Shown here: piece after piece, positions 38,572 to 50,804 of the stretch | Numbering within the stretch: position 1 is the stretch's first letter | How the letters are laid out: every line of letters starts with the position of its first letter | Assembly: GCA_951406725.2 (NCBI GenBank) | Contig: OX597815.1 | Coordinates: forward strand, 116,436,001 to 116,500,000 | Reading direction: 5' to 3' | DNA length: 64,000 bases | DNA from: Octopus vulgaris | Taxonomy: Eukaryota | Notes under the pieces: generated by a model | What the model was told of the DNA's origin: nothing | Seen by the model: the letters and a program-made list of their open reading frames with translations, nothing else | Database searches by the model: none | Made by a program: the position numbers and the translations under genes

Positions 38572-38577
38572 AATAAA
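38572..38577 (+). terminator. Candidate polyadenylation signal AATAAA
   Basis: AATAAA about 300 nt after the stop, followed by U/GU-rich sequence (38597-38630). Confidence 0.4.
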
Positions 38578-40152
38578 AAATATCCCCTCCCCTGAAGTTT
38601 TGTTGATTTTATTTTCTTATTTGTTTGACCATATTCCTGTCAGACTTTTTAAAATATGACACAAAATTGTAAAGGAATGTAAGATTTCAAAAGAAAATTA
38701 CATTTTGGAGTGAGCAACTTCACTGGTGCCGGTGGTATAAGAAAAGCACCTAGTACATTCTGTAAAGTGGTTGCCATCAGGAAGGGTATCTGGTCATAGA
38801 AACCACGTCAAAGCTGGCATTGGAGCTTGATGCAACCCTTTAACCCATACAAGCACATGGAAAATATGATATGACGACTTTACTGATTGATGTGTAATAT
38901 TAGTTTATATAGAGAGAACTGTTTCTATCAAACTATTCTGATATATTTCCCACTCAACTGTAAACACCTATCACTTAACCTCAACTTTTACAATAACAAA
39001 TGGAAAAATATATAAGGGTGTGATGGTGGGGAGTTGAAACGCAAGTCATGGTAGAGAAAGTGATGATATAGCGTATTGTTAGAATGAACAACATAGTCCT
39101 TGTATTGAGACTGCTGATAAGTTATGAGAAGGGCTAATCTTGTTTTAATTCTTTGAGAGCCCTAATGCAAAGTCAGACATTGACACTGGAATACATTTTA
39201 ATGGCTCTGTGGAATTCATCATTAGTTAATGTCTTTTTCCATGCTTGCATTGGGTTAGACAAAATATTTTGTAACAGATTTTCTACATCTGAGGCTCTTC
39301 CTGTTGCCAACCCTTTAGCATGATGGATATTTCCCATGGCCTGATATGTTTTTTGTGGAAGACTGGAATTGTATAGCAGTGATACTCATAACCATCACAT
39401 GAGATCAAGACAAGGGTTTGAACATACATATGCACACAATGGACTTCTTTCAGTTTCCGTCTATCAAATCCACTAACAAGATATTATTCAGCCCAAAACT
39501 GTAGTTGAAGACACCCAGGTCTCTCAGTGGCACTGAACCCTTGAGACTACATGGTGTGGAATTGTGCTTCTTAACCACACCTCCACATCTGATAATTGAT
39601 CATGGCATGCAAAAATAATTGGTTATGAATTGCAGCTAGGGAGGAAATAAGTTTCCTAACATAGATTCAGAGTTAGTGCATTTGATCATAGGTTTGTACC
39701 ATGAGAGTTGCCTGTGTGAAATGACATGTATTACTTAATGAGACACTATGACTCAAGTAAAAGCTTCTTCACACCTAATGATCTTAGGCTTCTGACACTG
39801 AAATCCAAGTACATTATATACATCAGTTTGCATGGTTTCTACTGCTAACATATGTATGCGTTGTGACTGAGTATACTAAATCACAATTCAAACTATGCTT
39901 GAATAAATGATTTTTACTCAATAAAGTAAGATTCAACATGATTTAATTAGCTAGTCTTCAATAGAATAGTGGTTAAGTTTCCTGCCAGAGAAGCTAATTA
40001 TTTTTAGGGGTGCAGGTATGATTGTGTGGTTAAGGTGCTTGCCTTGCTACTACACAGTTTTGGGTTCAGTTCCATTGCGTGGCACCTTAGAACTATTTTC
40101 TTTTTTACTCTTAAATAATGTAAGGTTCAACATGGAAATTTTAATTAGCTAG

Positions 40153-40223
40153 TTCTCAGTAGAATAGTGGCAAGTATTTTACCTGCCACATGGGACATTA
40201 GCATTCGATTCCCTACCAGGTAG
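40153..40223 (+). pseudogene. Degenerate tRNA-Asp-like sequence
   Basis: TTCTCAGTAGAATAGTGGCAAGTATTTTACCTGCCACATGGGAC...TTCGATTCCC resembles eukaryotic tRNA-Asp (TCCTCGTTAGTATAGTGG.AGTATCCCCGCCTGTCACGCGGGAGACC...TTCGATTCCC); T-run downstream. Confidence 0.55.
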
Positions 40224-40807
40224 GCTAGTTATTTTTATGGACAGATATTGTGGTAAAGATGCTTATTTTGTAACCATGTTTTGGATTTAGTCCCATTGTG
40301 TGGAACCTTTGCCAAATATCTTCCGTTATAGCCCTGGGTCAGCCAATGCCTTGTGAGTGAACTTGGTGGGTTGAAACTGTATGGAAGCTTGTCATGTTTA
40401 TATGTTTGACTCCTACTTAACTAGTGTTAGTTTGTTCACATCCCTGTAACTTAGCAGTTTGACAATAGAGAGTGCTTGGTGCATTTTTTTGTGGCACCAG
40501 TTCTACAGAAGTTGCCTTGCAGCTTGCTAAGTGAAAGAGTAACCTATAATGTAAGGAACAGATTTATAGTGCAAGGATGGTAATGTGGAGAATAATAAAA
40601 GGAACATAGTTGGGATAAAAGAAAAGGAAACAAAGTAATGTTGATATGGCAGGGTGAAGTAAAAGGCGAAAGATTTATCTGCTTGGCATGAGGAGAAACC
40701 AGAGTGGAGATATGCAGGTAGACTAAGTATATGGGTGAGTCAATCTGACATTCCAGCATGAGTTGGATTGTTAGTTCCGGCACAAGATTGTTCTTACAGT
40801 GGCATGC

Positions 40808-41330
40808 TGGTAGAATCATTAGCATGCCAGGCAAAATGCTTAGTGGCATTTCATCTGTCTTCACATTCTAAGTTCAAATTCTGCTGAAGTTGACTTTGCC
40901 TTTCATCCTTTCGGGGTCAATAAAATAAATACCAGTTAAGCACTGAGGTCAATGTCATTTACTTACCTCCTTCTCAGAAATTGCTGGCCTTGCGCCAAAA
41001 TTTCAAATTCAAATATAGATCAGTCACGTGAAATGGTGGTGGCTTACTCATGATCTCTGACTGAATATCTTGCAGTTGGGGTTTGAATCCCTACAACTTA
41101 AGCTAAGCTTCTTATTAAGGTGAGCAGGAAGAATCGTTAGCATGCCAGGCAAAATGCTTAGTAGCATTTTGTCCGTCTTCACATTCTGAGTTCAAATCAT
41201 GCTGAGGTTGACTTCGGCTTTCATTCCTTTGGGATCAATAAAATAAGTACCAGTTGAATGCTGAGCCAATGCAATCAACTTATCCCTTCCCAAAAATTGC
41301 TGGCTTTTTTGCCAAAATTTGAAATCAGTA
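40808..41330 (+). mobile_element. Two copies of SINE family B (Meta-domain-like)
   Basis: GACTTTGCCTTTCATCCTTTCGGGGTCAATAAAATAA.TACC resembles the MetaSINE/Sauria central domain; tail GCTGGCCTTGTGCCAAAATTTGAAA. Confidence 0.75.
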
Positions 41331-43289
41331 AGTTTATTGTTGGGAGAGGGAAGTGGAAAGTAATGTTAGAGTGCTAGTGAGTGTGATAAGGCATTGCAGA
41401 AGGTTGAGCATAGGATGTAGTGCTACCCTACATTATACGTGGATGGGTTAAATGATACATAAATGAAGGATATAGAACTGGGTAAGGGAAAGCTTAATAT
41501 CAGGAAATTGGTGAAAGTCTCTTACAAGGGTGGTAAGAAGGGAGTAGAAAGAGATGTGTGCTACTGCATTTTATGCTTGAGTGTCTGAAGTGGTGCAGAG
41601 GAGAAAGAAAGATAACAAGGGGTCAAAGACATCATAAGGTAACATGTCCAAAAGAGCATAGTGATGAGAATTGAAGAGAACAGGTAAAGGTTGCAGAAGC
41701 AGTGGTAGCTTGTAGATAAAATTAGTTGGGGTGCTGCTTCAGAAAATTTTTAGCCGTTTTAATATTGTGTAAAGAGAAACAAACATAAAAATGTTTATAC
41801 ATAAACTTGATTGGTTCACGTTTTAGCCACTGCCAGGTAGTGTATTTAATTTGTTCACTGCCATGAATTCCCCTTTGTTTTTCAAAAATCCCCTCCCCCC
41901 CCAAATCACAAAATAAATGGGGAAAATCTGCCCTATTTTTCAAATCTTGGCAGGAACACTGATGCTGGAAGCAGGATAATAATCTTATTCTACACTTTAT
42001 CACATTCAAAAATATAAATATTTTTTAAAGCACAACACACAGACAAAAAGAAACATTACCTTTCACAGTTACTTCATGTGATGGTTATGAGTATCTCTCC
42101 CTAGCATGAAGCTTCCTATCTCAGACATGTGGGCATGCGCACATCAGCCAAATGCTGTGTTGCTGGAACTGTGAAGCGCACAGTTCTATACAAGGATTTT
42201 TGTATTTTTTTCATAAACTAGAGGATGGCTACTGACATTAAGCTTAAAGATTTTATATAATGTACAAGTATAAGGAATGAATTAAAGAAAAAAAAAAAGG
42301 ACTCATATTGAATGATATCGATAATATCAAGTGGAAATAGGGGGTGCTGCAGTTCCGCAGTGCCTATACACGAGCTGCCACTGTGCAGAAGGCAATAACA
42401 AAAACATGATGGGGAAGAAGGCAGGATATAGGTGGTTGAGGTGTGGGGGGGAAAAGTGATATTCAGTATGTCATGAGTAGGACAGCATTTAGAATAGACG
42501 GTGGAGTAACTATGAGGGTATAGGAGCTTTAGATGGATGGAGATGCATACAAAAACTAAATAAAATATAGGCAAGGCAGGAGTGCATGCATTAAACTTTT
42601 GTCGAAAGTTGGGTTTTCTGCAGCATCATGTATTGCCTTCAGTCATCTCCTTCATCAAATGTAACATCTTTTTCATCACCTTATCTCATGTCTCCAATAA
42701 TTAAACAGTGGTAGCAATGTCATGGTTAGCATTTGAATGTCTGGAAAGGGGTCATATATATATCAGATCAAAGGTGTTATGAAGTCTACAGGAAAACTGA
42801 TGTTTAAAGGAGAATTGTCAAAGGCTAAATTTGTTTATATGATCCAAGAAGTTTGGCCCAGTCATACTTAGACTTGTTATTTTTTAAGGTATACAAGACT
42901 GAGGAGGACTGACCTCCAGATCATCCCTTTAGTGTGTCACACAGGCCCGCCAATGTATGGACACATACTGATATCGTGAACCAGTCCCTCTACTGAAAAG
43001 TTAAATATACTCTGTGCCTCAAGGATAAGCTCAGAACAGTTGACTATCAGAATAAACTGTAAATAAACCAGCAGAAAGCAATGGGAAACTACTGCTGTTT
43101 CCTTCAAGAAAAACCATGAATCTTCAGACTTTGGCATGTAGTTCTATAGTTACTGATGCCTGTAAAACAGGTGTGGCACTTAGAGAGAAAGAGACGAGGC
43201 CTGACACATTGTTATCTGACTTCTTCACTCCTTATTGTGATTTACTTAGTCTTTGTTGTAGGTACTTTGTGCTGTCAGTACACAGCTCT

Positions 43290-43800
43290 TATATCAGACC
43301 CTTATTGCCCATTCCCGTTTTTACTAGTGCAGTTATTTCTCCTTACATCAGCATATACTTTTAACGTTCAGGCATTCTCTCAACTCACATATGTGCTACT
43401 TGATTTTTTTTCCAACTCAGACTGTACATCAAAAAGACCATGTGTGACCCATTTATCTTCAACCACCACAAATCCTAAATTTAAGCCTCTGTAGTACCAC
43501 ACTCCTTGCGCTATTTACAACTGTTTACAGAGTTAACAATCCTTGCATTTCTTCAGTCTCTCTTCTACTCTGCCTATTATATTGTCACTACATCTACCAT
43601 CTGCACTAACTCACCTAACTTATTGAAAATATCTACTGCACTTTGCAAGCCAACAGAGCAGTTCATTGACTTCGTTTCATGCATATTTATATTGCTAATT
43701 ACTTATGTGCATGTGAAGTCCTTTTTCTTTAATCAGTCTCCTGGAGATTTCACTGCCCTCCTTTTGTGTACCCATTTTTCTGTACTGAATTCTTTGATAC
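43290..43800 (-). mobile_element. Highly degenerate RTE-like LINE fragment
   Basis: Minus-strand pieces KWVHKR.., KKDFTC, ADGRCSD, LRECLNVKSI parallel RTE C-terminal motifs; many stops. Confidence 0.4.
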
Positions 43801-44222
43801 TGATTACATAGAAATAGTAGAAATTTGATACTAACTACATAGTATCAAATTCCTACATGCTCCTTTCTTATACACTGAGCAAAGTATCTTCTCAAATGGC
43901 TCTTGGAGTTTGTGCTAGCCCATTCTTCCGGGATTGGAACTTCTTCAGCTACAAATTCTACAATAGGAACCATTTCATCAAGCATGGAAAACTTTGCACA
44001 GACATCCGGTTCTGGATTGCTTCATTGCCATTAGAAATATTTAAAGAACTGAAGAAGCCTGGTGAATGCCTACTGACCCTTACATCAAATTCCTCTGTGA
44101 ACTTACAACCAATTTTGCAGCCCCTTTGGTTTTGTGATTTAATGGCTCTCATATGCTAATCTTCAACTTTCAGCTTTTCTCTGTACTACAGAAAGTGGGA
44201 ATGAGTTTAAAAAATTCCCCAT

Positions 44223-44340
44223 GCTTATGGCCATATCATGTTGAAAGCACTGGTTCTTGTCCAATCAACGAAGTTAAGCAACGTTGAGCCTAGTTGGTAC
44301 TTAGACGGGTGACCGCTTGGGAAACCTAGGTGCTATAAGT
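44223..44340 (+). pseudogene. Full-length 5S rRNA pseudogene
   Basis: GCTTATGGCCATATCATGTTGAAAGCAC...GAAGTTAAGCAACG...GTACTTAGACGGGTGACCGCTTGGGAAA...GGTGCTATAAG aligns end to end with invertebrate 5S. Several CpG to TpG/CpA changes and no oligo-T terminator. Confidence 0.9.
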
Positions 44341-44351
44341 GTCACACAATA

Positions 44352-44740
44352 GGTGCAGGAGTGGCTGTGTGGTAAGTAGCTTGCTTACCAACCACATGGT
44401 TCCGGGTTTAGTCCCACTGTGTGGCACCTTGGGCAAGTGTCTTCTGCTATAGCCTTGGGCCGACTAAAGCCTTGTGAGTGGATTTGGTAGACAGAAACTG
44501 AAAGAAGCCTGTCGTATACATGTATATATATGTGTTTGTGTGTCTGTGTTTGTCCCCCACCAACATCACTTGACAACCGATGCTGGTGTGTTTATGTCCC
44601 TGTAACTTAGCAGTTCGGCAAAAGAGACCGATAGAATAAGTACTAGGCTTACAAAGAATAAGTCCTGGGGTTGATTTCCTCGACTAAAGGTGGTGCTCCA
44701 GCATGGCTGCAGTCAAATGACTGAAACAAGTAAATGAGTA
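44352..44740 (+). mobile_element. SINE family A, full length
   Basis: Same consensus as 34518 and 45438. Confidence 0.9.
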
Positions 44741-45437
44741 TATCAACAAAGGTAAAGTAGAATTTTGTTTTTGATTAGCTACTTCTCTGGCATTGTTTCA
44801 TGAAAAATAGGAACAAGCTTTCACATCCTGGGGCAAACCAAAATTACATCTTATTCGAGCTAGTCTCCTCTTGTATTAATATCGTTAATGACTTTCTTAG
44901 CTATACTTTCAGAAATTTGTCCATCAGTTTGAAGTCTCCCCTGTGAATCTCTTCTGAAGCGCTTACACTAGTCAGGAATAACACTTTCATTGAAAGACAC
45001 TTGCTGTTGTTTTAATTAATTTTTAAAATCATCATCATCATCATCAAAAACAACAACACCATCATAATCATAAACAACTTCATTATTTTATATGCATTTT
45101 TCTGTGCTGGTGTGGGTTGGATGGTTTGACAAGATCTGACAGACTGAAGGACCATACCTTTCTCCAATGTCTTTGTTGAAGCAAGAATTTAGTGAAATGA
45201 CTATCATTATTATGATGCTGGTGTTTGGTATTGGTGATAGTGATGGTCATGATGTCAAAGATGATTTTCTGAATATCATGTTCCCTATTGATTAGAGATG
45301 ATGGATGCTATGTCATGTTATTTTATCAATCTGTCATTTATTCTAGCCTCCCTCTTACTTTTCTCTCTAAAAGTTTACCTACACAACTAACTATGGGATT
45401 TCTGCAACCCAACCAGAAAAATTTACACTAATTCATA

Positions 45438-45828
45438 GGCGTAGGAGTGGCTGTGTGGTAAGTAGCTTGCTTACCAACCACATGGTTCCGGGTTCAGTCC
45501 CACTGTGTGGCACCTTGGGCAAGTGTCTTCTACTATAGCCTCGGGCCGACCAAAGCCTTGTGAGTGGATTTGGTAGACAGAAACTGAAAGAAGGCCGTTG
45601 TATATATATATATATGTATGTGTGTGTCTATGTTTGTCCCCCCAACATCGCTTGGTAACCAATGCTGGTGTGTTTACGTCCCCGTAACTTAGCGGTTTGG
45701 CAAAAGAGGCCAATATAATAAGTACTAGGCTTACAAAGAATAAGTCCTGGGGTTGATTTGTTCGACTAAAGGTGGTGCTCCAGCATGTCCACAGTCAAAT
45801 GACTGAAACAAGTAAAAGAGTAAAAGAG
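45438..45828 (+). mobile_element. SINE family A, full length
   Basis: Same consensus; (GTAAAAGA)2 tail. Confidence 0.9.
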
Positions 45829-46364
45829 ATAGCAGTCCTGTTAACACAACCAGTGTTATAAATCCCATGTATTTAATTTTGCTATGGACTGGCATCTTAT
45901 TCAAAGGGGATTGTGGCGATCTTGGTCACTTATATACATGATGGAGACTAGACAACCACCGTTATGAGTTCTAGGGCTCAAGAAAAAAATTTTTGTGAAT
46001 ATTTAATTTAGTTAGTAGTTATGGCTGGATGTCCTTATTATGTAGTTGTAGAGTGAATTGGTGTATTTATTTAGCCATCAACTGTCTGACTAATATAATT
46101 ATTGTACACATCCTAGTTTTAGATTCCTGCGTTCCTGAATATTATAAGAGGTGACTAAAAGGGATGGTAACTGGAAGGGTACCTTGTTTTAAAAACAGTT
46201 TCAGAAAATTTGTCCAACCCATACCAGTATGAAAAGCAAATGTGAAACACTGATGATGATATCAATGATGATGTTGATGAGGATGATGATTATTTCGAGA
46301 ACAATGATAATGATGATGGCATTGTTGTTGTTATTAGTGGTGAAGATGATGACAACGAGAATGA

Positions 46365-46708
46365 GGCAGTCTAACACCCGTGGACATGTTTACAAAGTCA
46401 GAAAACAGCACAGCTCCCATGACTTTCGGAAACATTTTTTCATGCTAAGAGTGGCTGAAGTATGGAACTAACTGCCGGCATCAGTTGTTAGTTGTCGGAG
46501 CACTGCATCCTTCAAAACTTCCATACTTACTGAGATCGCCAACACCACACCTGATTTTCTCCCCTCCGTACACACGCAAGCATGTGTCTGACTCATACAC
46601 TGTTCACTTTCCAGACATTTGTACATTACTGCATATGCTTTATAAGCACTTTTGACAAGTTGTGGTGCACCTGAGCACTGTATACAATAATTTCATTATT
46701 ATTATTAT
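46365..46708 (+). mobile_element. 5'-truncated CR1-like LINE 3' end
   Basis: SNTRGHVYKVRKQHSSHDFRKHFFMLRVAEVWN*LPASVV; (ATT)n tail. Confidence 0.85.
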
Positions 46709-47302
46709 AGGACAATGATGGTGGTGGCAACAGTGGTGATGGTACTGGTACCAATGATGATGACGGCAAAAAGTAATGATGACAAAAACTATGTCATCTG
46801 ATTGCAATAACATGCAATGGTTTTAATTAAACTAAGACAAAATGAGAACCATGTAGCTCAAAATCATGACCCTTCACTGTTAGATCAGCTTGATCTCTTT
46901 ATTACTGCATTGTTGCTTTAGAGAAACTGAAGAAGAGAGAGTGAGATCTATCATGTCTTCTGCTACTTTGTATCAGTTATATTATAGAAAACTTTTCTCC
47001 TAAACAGCTAAAACTGCCAAATCTCTTCTACTTGTCTGTCAAAGTAATTTCCCTTTACAGTAATGGGTTCCTTCAGACAACTTGACTGCCAAGACTGGTC
47101 TACTTTCATTATGGCTAGTAAGGGAAATAACCCAATGAAGGAACCTCTTTATGCAGTCATTCACCAAGCTGGAAATAACAGCTATAGTAGAAGACACTTA
47201 CCCAAGGTGTCACACAGTGGGACTGAACCTGGAACCATGTTGTTGGTAAGCAAGCTACTTACCATGCTGCCACTCCTGCGCCTATATGCATCTCGAGGAC
47301 CG

Positions 47303-47378
47303 AATGTACTGAAGAAGTCACGGACACTTGAATTATGCAAGTAATTCTTTTGTTAAGACCGAAACCGAGGTATGCATT
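47303..47378 (+). ncRNA. Candidate type I (minimal, Penelope-type) hammerhead ribozyme
   Basis: AAUGUA-CUGAAGA-aGUC...GACc-GAAA-CC GA GG-UA-UGCAUU: conserved core boxes, stems I/II/III and a GUA cleavage triplet. Confidence 0.6.
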
Positions 47379-47535
47379 TAAGTCTGTTTTTTATTTAATT
47401 TTTCATATGTCCTGCCCGCCAAATTTGGTTCTGGTGTTCGCTGAATTCTTCCTCTAGAGAATTTCCCTTGTAGTTTGATCGTTTATGATCTATTTCTAGA
47501 ATTCTGGCCGGCTACCTAGCAGGCCAGCCCTGCCA

Positions 47536-47566
<31 letters not shown>

Positions 47567-47567
47567 G

Positions 47568-47598
<31 letters not shown>

Positions 47599-48446
47599 TG
47601 AGGGAATATTATTCCAAACTTACAGGGAAAAATTCAATTTAGAAATACTAAATCAAATTTTACAAAATATAATATATATATATGTATATTATATATTATT
47701 GTAAGAGGATTTCGTATATGGAAATTGAAAGAAGACTGTCTTTTATATGTGTATATTTGTGTGTGTGTGCTTGTACCCACGGCATTGCTTGACAAATGAT
47801 GTTGCTGTGTTTATGTTCCCATAACTTAGCAGTTTGGCAAAAGACGCTATTAGAACAAGTACTAGGCTTACAAAGAATAAATCCTGTGGTTGATTTGTTT
47901 GACCAAGGGTGGTGCTCCAGCATGGCTGCAGTCACATGACTGAAAGAAGTAAAGCAATAAAAAACTATGCCATTTTAATCATGAGCAAGGACGGGTATCT
48001 CTGCTTGTATATATATATCATCATCATCATCATCATCATCATCATTTAACGTCCACTTTCCATGCTAGCATGGGTTGGACAATTTGACTGAGGACTAGTG
48101 AAACAGATGGCTGCACCAACCTCCAATCTGATCTAGCAGAGCTTCTACAGCTGGATGCCCTTCCTAATGCCTACCACTCCGAGAGTGTAGTGGGTGCTTT
48201 TACGTGTCACCAGCACGAGGGCCAGTCTGGCGGAACTGGCAACGGCTACACTCAAATGGTGTTTTTTACATGCCACCTGCACAGGAGTCAGTCCAGCGGC
48301 ACTGGCAACAACCTCGCTTGAATGTTTTGTTCACGTGCCAGTAAGGCGACGCTGGTAACAATCATGCTCAAATGGTGCTTTTTATGTGCCACCGCCACGG
48401 AAGCCAGTCAGCTGCTCTGGCAGCGATCCTGCTTGGATGGAACTGG

Positions 48447-48451
<5 letters not shown>

Positions 48452-48498
<47 letters not shown>

Positions 48499-48521
48499 AT
48501 ATCTATACCTATATATCTATA

Positions 48522-48556
<35 letters not shown>

Positions 48557-48604
48557 ATATCTATATATATATATATATATATATATCTATATATCTATAT
48601 CTAG
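48452..48604. repeat. (TA)n/(TATATC)n microsatellite
   Basis: Direct reading. Confidence 0.95.
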
Positions 48605-50644
48605 ATGGGAACTTCCACCCACCAAATTCAAATTCAATCTCAAGGCTTCAGTCTGCTAGAGGCTACAGCTGAAGACACTTGCACAATTGCCACATAGTGG
48701 GACTGAACCTGAAACCATGTGGTTGAGAGACAAGCTTTCTAAGTACACATCAGGCTTCTTTTACTTTCCATCTACCAAATCCACTCACAAGGCTTTGTTG
48801 GCTTGGGACCATAGTAGAAAACACTTGCCCAAGGACAATGTGCAGTGGGTCTGAACCTCAAAACATCAGTTTGGGAAGCAAACTTTGTAACCATACAACC
48901 ATACCTGTGTGTACCTGATTTAAGATATTTAAATTAAGTACAGTATTTATATTAAAAAAAAACAACTTCCAAACAAAACCAAATATTGCATTGTATTTTC
49001 AGTAAGCAGAAGCATCAGTAACGATGCCCTAAGGTCTGATATAATTTCATTATACAGCTTGTCTTCAACAGCAATTTCCATAAAAGTTTAACAGAGGGGA
49101 TTCTAATCTAATAGCAAATATCTAAAAGAAGGCACTTACTGGATATGGTAGTGTAAGAATATATTTGTCATGAGTGGATTTTATTGGCTGATCTAGTGAT
49201 GGCCAGTTCACTTGCTGAATGAAAATGCATTTCTTGGGTTTGTGTGAAGAAGTAACAACATCAATGAACAATTAACAAAAGATTTTATTACTGCACATAG
49301 AACTTAATTGTGTTGGTATTTTACAAATAACAGTGATAATTGCATACTGGGGGAGACATACTACTTGGAGTTTATTACAAGCTTACTGATACAGTAATTT
49401 GTGGCTGGTTTGTCATAACTGGAAATAATTGTGCAATGTTCATGGCAGTGGAGATTCCTATTGACTATCTGGCTGTGGCAAAAATGGAGACACAATGTGC
49501 TCCTGCCTCAACATTCTGCATTTTATCTTAGCTGTCTGCATGGGCCGTCTGGTTAGGGTGGAAGTACATATCACTCATCTGCCTTCCAACACTCTGCAAT
49601 GAATTATCACTAAAAGTGGCCTTTTATTGGGCACAGGAAGTAATTTTTGTAAATTGAATCACATGGTGGCTTGATGCTGATTGGTTACTTAATAGACTGC
49701 TATTGTGGTTTGCTTGTGATCTCTGACAGGCTACCTAACACTTCGGTTTCAAATCCCCATTACATATTGATAAAAAACCACTACACAAAATTAGTTACCA
49801 TTTGATGAGAGTGATTTGGGGCTTTTTATTTTTTTATTTTTCTTTTCTTTTTGCAAAATAGGGTTGGTTGCAGGATGGGCATTTGTAAAACACTTTGGTT
49901 AAAAACGTCACTGTGCAACAAAAGATTGAGAATCACATGGTTAAACCATATGGTATATAACATACACATATATATATAAAAAGAAAGGAACCAGGGTCTG
50001 TCTTAAGCCATTGGATAATAAAACCAGTTTCTCAGATTCTGTGGTGTAAGTATTCATCTTCTGGACAGGATGCTAGTTCATCCCGGGATTATACATTTTT
50101 TGCCAGCTGGAGCAATGTGAAATAAAGTGGGTTGCTCAAGAACATGACGCATCTCTTGGTCCAGGAATTGAAACCACAAGCTTATGATCACAAGTGCAAC
50201 ACCCTAACCACTAAACCATATGCTGCCACTAAAGTACATATATGTGGATATAAAGTGAGAATCCCTGGGTCAGACCACATGTCTGTATAAAGTGTTTATG
50301 ATGTAAGAATTACTGGGTAAAACTATCTGTGTATGTATATATATATATATATATATAGTGAACACAGTAAAACAGAAAACAAAAAAAATGTAAGAGTTAG
50401 GAAGAACTCAAACTAACGTTTCTTAGTAAAAGATTTGTAAAACTCTTCTACACTAAATCTCACCCCGCCCCCACTTGATACACACACCACTGCTATTCTC
50501 AAGCCTATAGAAAATATGTCATCTTTGTCTCAGCCTCACTCATGTATGAACTTGGTTAACTTCAATCCATCATCTTACCCCAACCAACCAACAAACCACT
50601 CTAACAAATGTCTTTATAACTCCTCTTCTAAACTCCATCTGTAA

Positions 50645-50732
50645 TGTATGCATGTATGTATGTATGTATGTATGTGTATTCACATGCACATAGACACACA
50701 TGCACACACACACACACACACGCACACACACA

Positions 50733-50800
<68 letters not shown>
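50645..50800. repeat. (TATG)n + (CA)n microsatellite
   Basis: Direct reading. Confidence 0.95.

Positions 50801-50804
<4 letters not shown>

Larger units (their letters stand above)
47180..48905. mobile_element. Mosaic of family A SINE fragments (47180-47283 -, 47700-47955 +, 48605-48905 -) and a (GAT)n-tailed repeat (48018-48450 -)
   Basis: Direct similarity to the full-length copies elsewhere in the window. Confidence 0.75.

Noticed and set aside
44223-44340. Functional 5S rRNA gene
   Set aside because: Solitary copy, multiple CpG-type transitions in stems and no oligo-T terminator; called a pseudogene.
44385-47344. Recurrent ORFs ending ...EDTCPRCHTVGLNPEPCGW, apparently a small paralog family
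   Set aside because: Antisense translation of SINE family A, not genes.
49134-49720. Possible minus-strand exon ending at a GTAAGT donor (49139)
   Set aside because: Frames contain stops, no clear acceptor or homology; probably decayed TE or neutral DNA.
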